Shown one piece after another: positions 50,957 to 52,759 of a stretch of 52,759 bases of DNA. The notes under the pieces are model-generated. The model saw only the letters and a list, made by a program, of their open reading frames with translations, made no database searches and was not told the origin of the DNA. The DNA comes from Nemertoderma westbladi (Eukaryota; Animalia; Xenacoelomorpha). Within the stretch, counting starts at the first letter, position 1, and every line of letters starts with the position of its first letter. The translations under genes were made by a program, and so were the position numbers. The stretch is from positions 1 through 52,759 of the forward strand of contig JAUCBJ010008413.1 in assembly GCA_032718475.1 (NCBI GenBank), in the 5' to 3' direction.

Positions 50957-52759
50957 CCCCCCCCCCCCCCCCCCTTAATAATATATATCATAGCCGGTGT
51001 ATGGTAGGCCTATACTTCTATTTATTTATTACAATTATTTGTTTTTGACTAATTATACAGTAATCGGCGGGATTAACGTGTTTGGGGGCCTCCTTTGGGG
51101 ACCATTGTATGAAAAACGTTTAAGGCCCTACCGCTTATTTTGTGAAACACTTTTATATGTAGGCCCTACCGCTTATTTTATGAAACAATTTAAAAAAAAT
51201 TTTTTCATAAACATTTTTTTCATAAATAAGTAACCCACGCCATAAACCAATTGAGGGAAAGGAGCAGGTTACAGAGGCAGGCTATTCTACCCAAAACAAA
51301 TAAACGGCCTCTTTACCAATTGAGGGAAAGGTGCAGGTTACAGAGGCGGGCTTTGCTAACCAAAACAATAAACAGACAGCCACACTGTACTGTTACTGCA
51401 GTACTGTAGGTTTAATGCAGTTGGAGGCCCTGAAATACGTTAGTCCTTAACTCGGCTTCAGCAGATCCTACAGTAGCTCCAGTTGATCTCACTCGAGTGG
51501 CGGCCCAAACCCAAATTAAAATTCAAAGTGTATTCACGTTTGCTTAGGGTTTACCTTAATGCAATTGCAAAGTCTATTCACTCGTCGCATGTTCAGGTTG
51601 TTCTATGCCTTGCAGCCAAATCGTCGGTAAAAAGGCAAAAGGGCATTTATGCATGCGGATTCCTGACAATGTCTCCCATTTTCATATTATTAAAGGCTGA
51701 TGTGATTTTTGTACAAAAACATAGACATTATTTTTCGGATGTAAAAGGGCATCCATTTGTGTAAAATCATGTAAAGGCAAAAAGCCATGTACTGTATGCC
51801 TAGTGCTGATGTACATCCACATACAGTAGCTAGACCCTACCGGTTGTTGAAATTGGAGTTGATCTGACCGTACAAAGTCAGACTGACAGCGTAAATTGAA
51901 AAATAGTCGTATTAGTAGTACAGTATAGTGTCTGTCAACTGTACTAAAGGCACAAGGGAATTTGATGGTTTCATTGCCATCAACTTATATCGATCATAGA
52001 ATGTCAAGTAATATGAGATAAAACTGATAAAGAGCTTCACCAGATACCAAATATATTAAATTTGGTTGAACAAATAAAGACTTTACAAATATTACGTTTT
52101 CATTTTCAAGTGATTTTATATTCAAGTTATTATTTTTTTACTGTAAGTCTAGAACATCGTGTATACGGCGTCTTATAAATATTTTTTAATAATAACAAAA
52201 TTGCAAAAAATGTGTAACAGAGATAGTTTGCCATCCCCCCTTCTTAGTGGGTCAGTTAGAATTTATTTGGTAATAACAGCTGAATCAATTTGGTTTACAT
52301 ATAACCAACTTTCCCCACATCCATTTCACACTTCGCGATAATATAATGTTATAATGTCGTTAATGTAAATATTTGGTTCTGTTCGCGCTTTTGAAGACCT
52401 TTAGCAGTTTAACCTGCCAAAATTTATATGTCTTTTAGTTAATTAACACACCTTTAGCATACGACAATATTTTATGCTAATAAACAAAACATTAGCCGAA
52501 GCCAGCCCATGCGCGATCATTCACCCGATGGATCTACACCCGGGAGGCTGAATTCGGATGCTTAGATTTTATTATTGCAGTGTAAGGTTGCAGTGTAAAC
52601 CTATTGTATTATTCGATAGATCACTAATAATTAATTTCTGACAGATATTATTAACTTTCGGGAAATATTAACAGTTCCTTTAGGACGTGGCGCTCTATCT
52701 ATTTAAACAGAGCTAGGACTTATACTAAACGCAACGATAAGACTTATGATCAAAGTATA

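Larger units (their letters stand above)
44558..52380. repeat. Near-identical segmental duplication of ~26235-34055 (offset 18323-18325)
   Basis: Matching ORFs recur at a constant offset. Identity stops abruptly after ATTTGGTTCT at 52380. Confidence 0.9.

Overview
Eukaryotic (probably invertebrate animal) genomic DNA, not prokaryotic. The window holds a head-to-tail tandem cluster of five two-exon C2H2 zinc-finger genes, all on the minus strand, in two subtypes: A with 6 fingers and B with 4 fingers. Their order is A1-B0-B1-A2-B2, and there is one extra exon-1 fragment. Exon 1 encodes a ~65-aa N-terminal domain I do not recognise, followed by a Ser/Thr/Pro/Asn-rich linker with a SIM/SUMO-like patch. 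A phase-1 GT-AG intron leads to exon 2, which encodes the finger array. B1 and B2 look intact. A1 has a shifted start, A2 carries a nonsense codon, and B0 is destroyed by a deletion next to a ~7.7-kb, 103-bp satellite that has only ~3.5 units in its paralogs. Finger differences between paralogs concentrate on DNA-contacting positions, which suggests a KRAB/ZAD-like, rapidly evolving ZNF family with an uncharacterised effector domain. Mobile DNA includes a pogo-type DD35D transposon with TIRs, a Crack/L2-group LINE with a 2A-like peptide, PHD, APE and RT, two non-autonomous TIR elements (one carrying an E-box minisatellite) and old RT fragments in introns. Several minisatellites are also present. 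All family assignments come from motif recognition; no searches were run.
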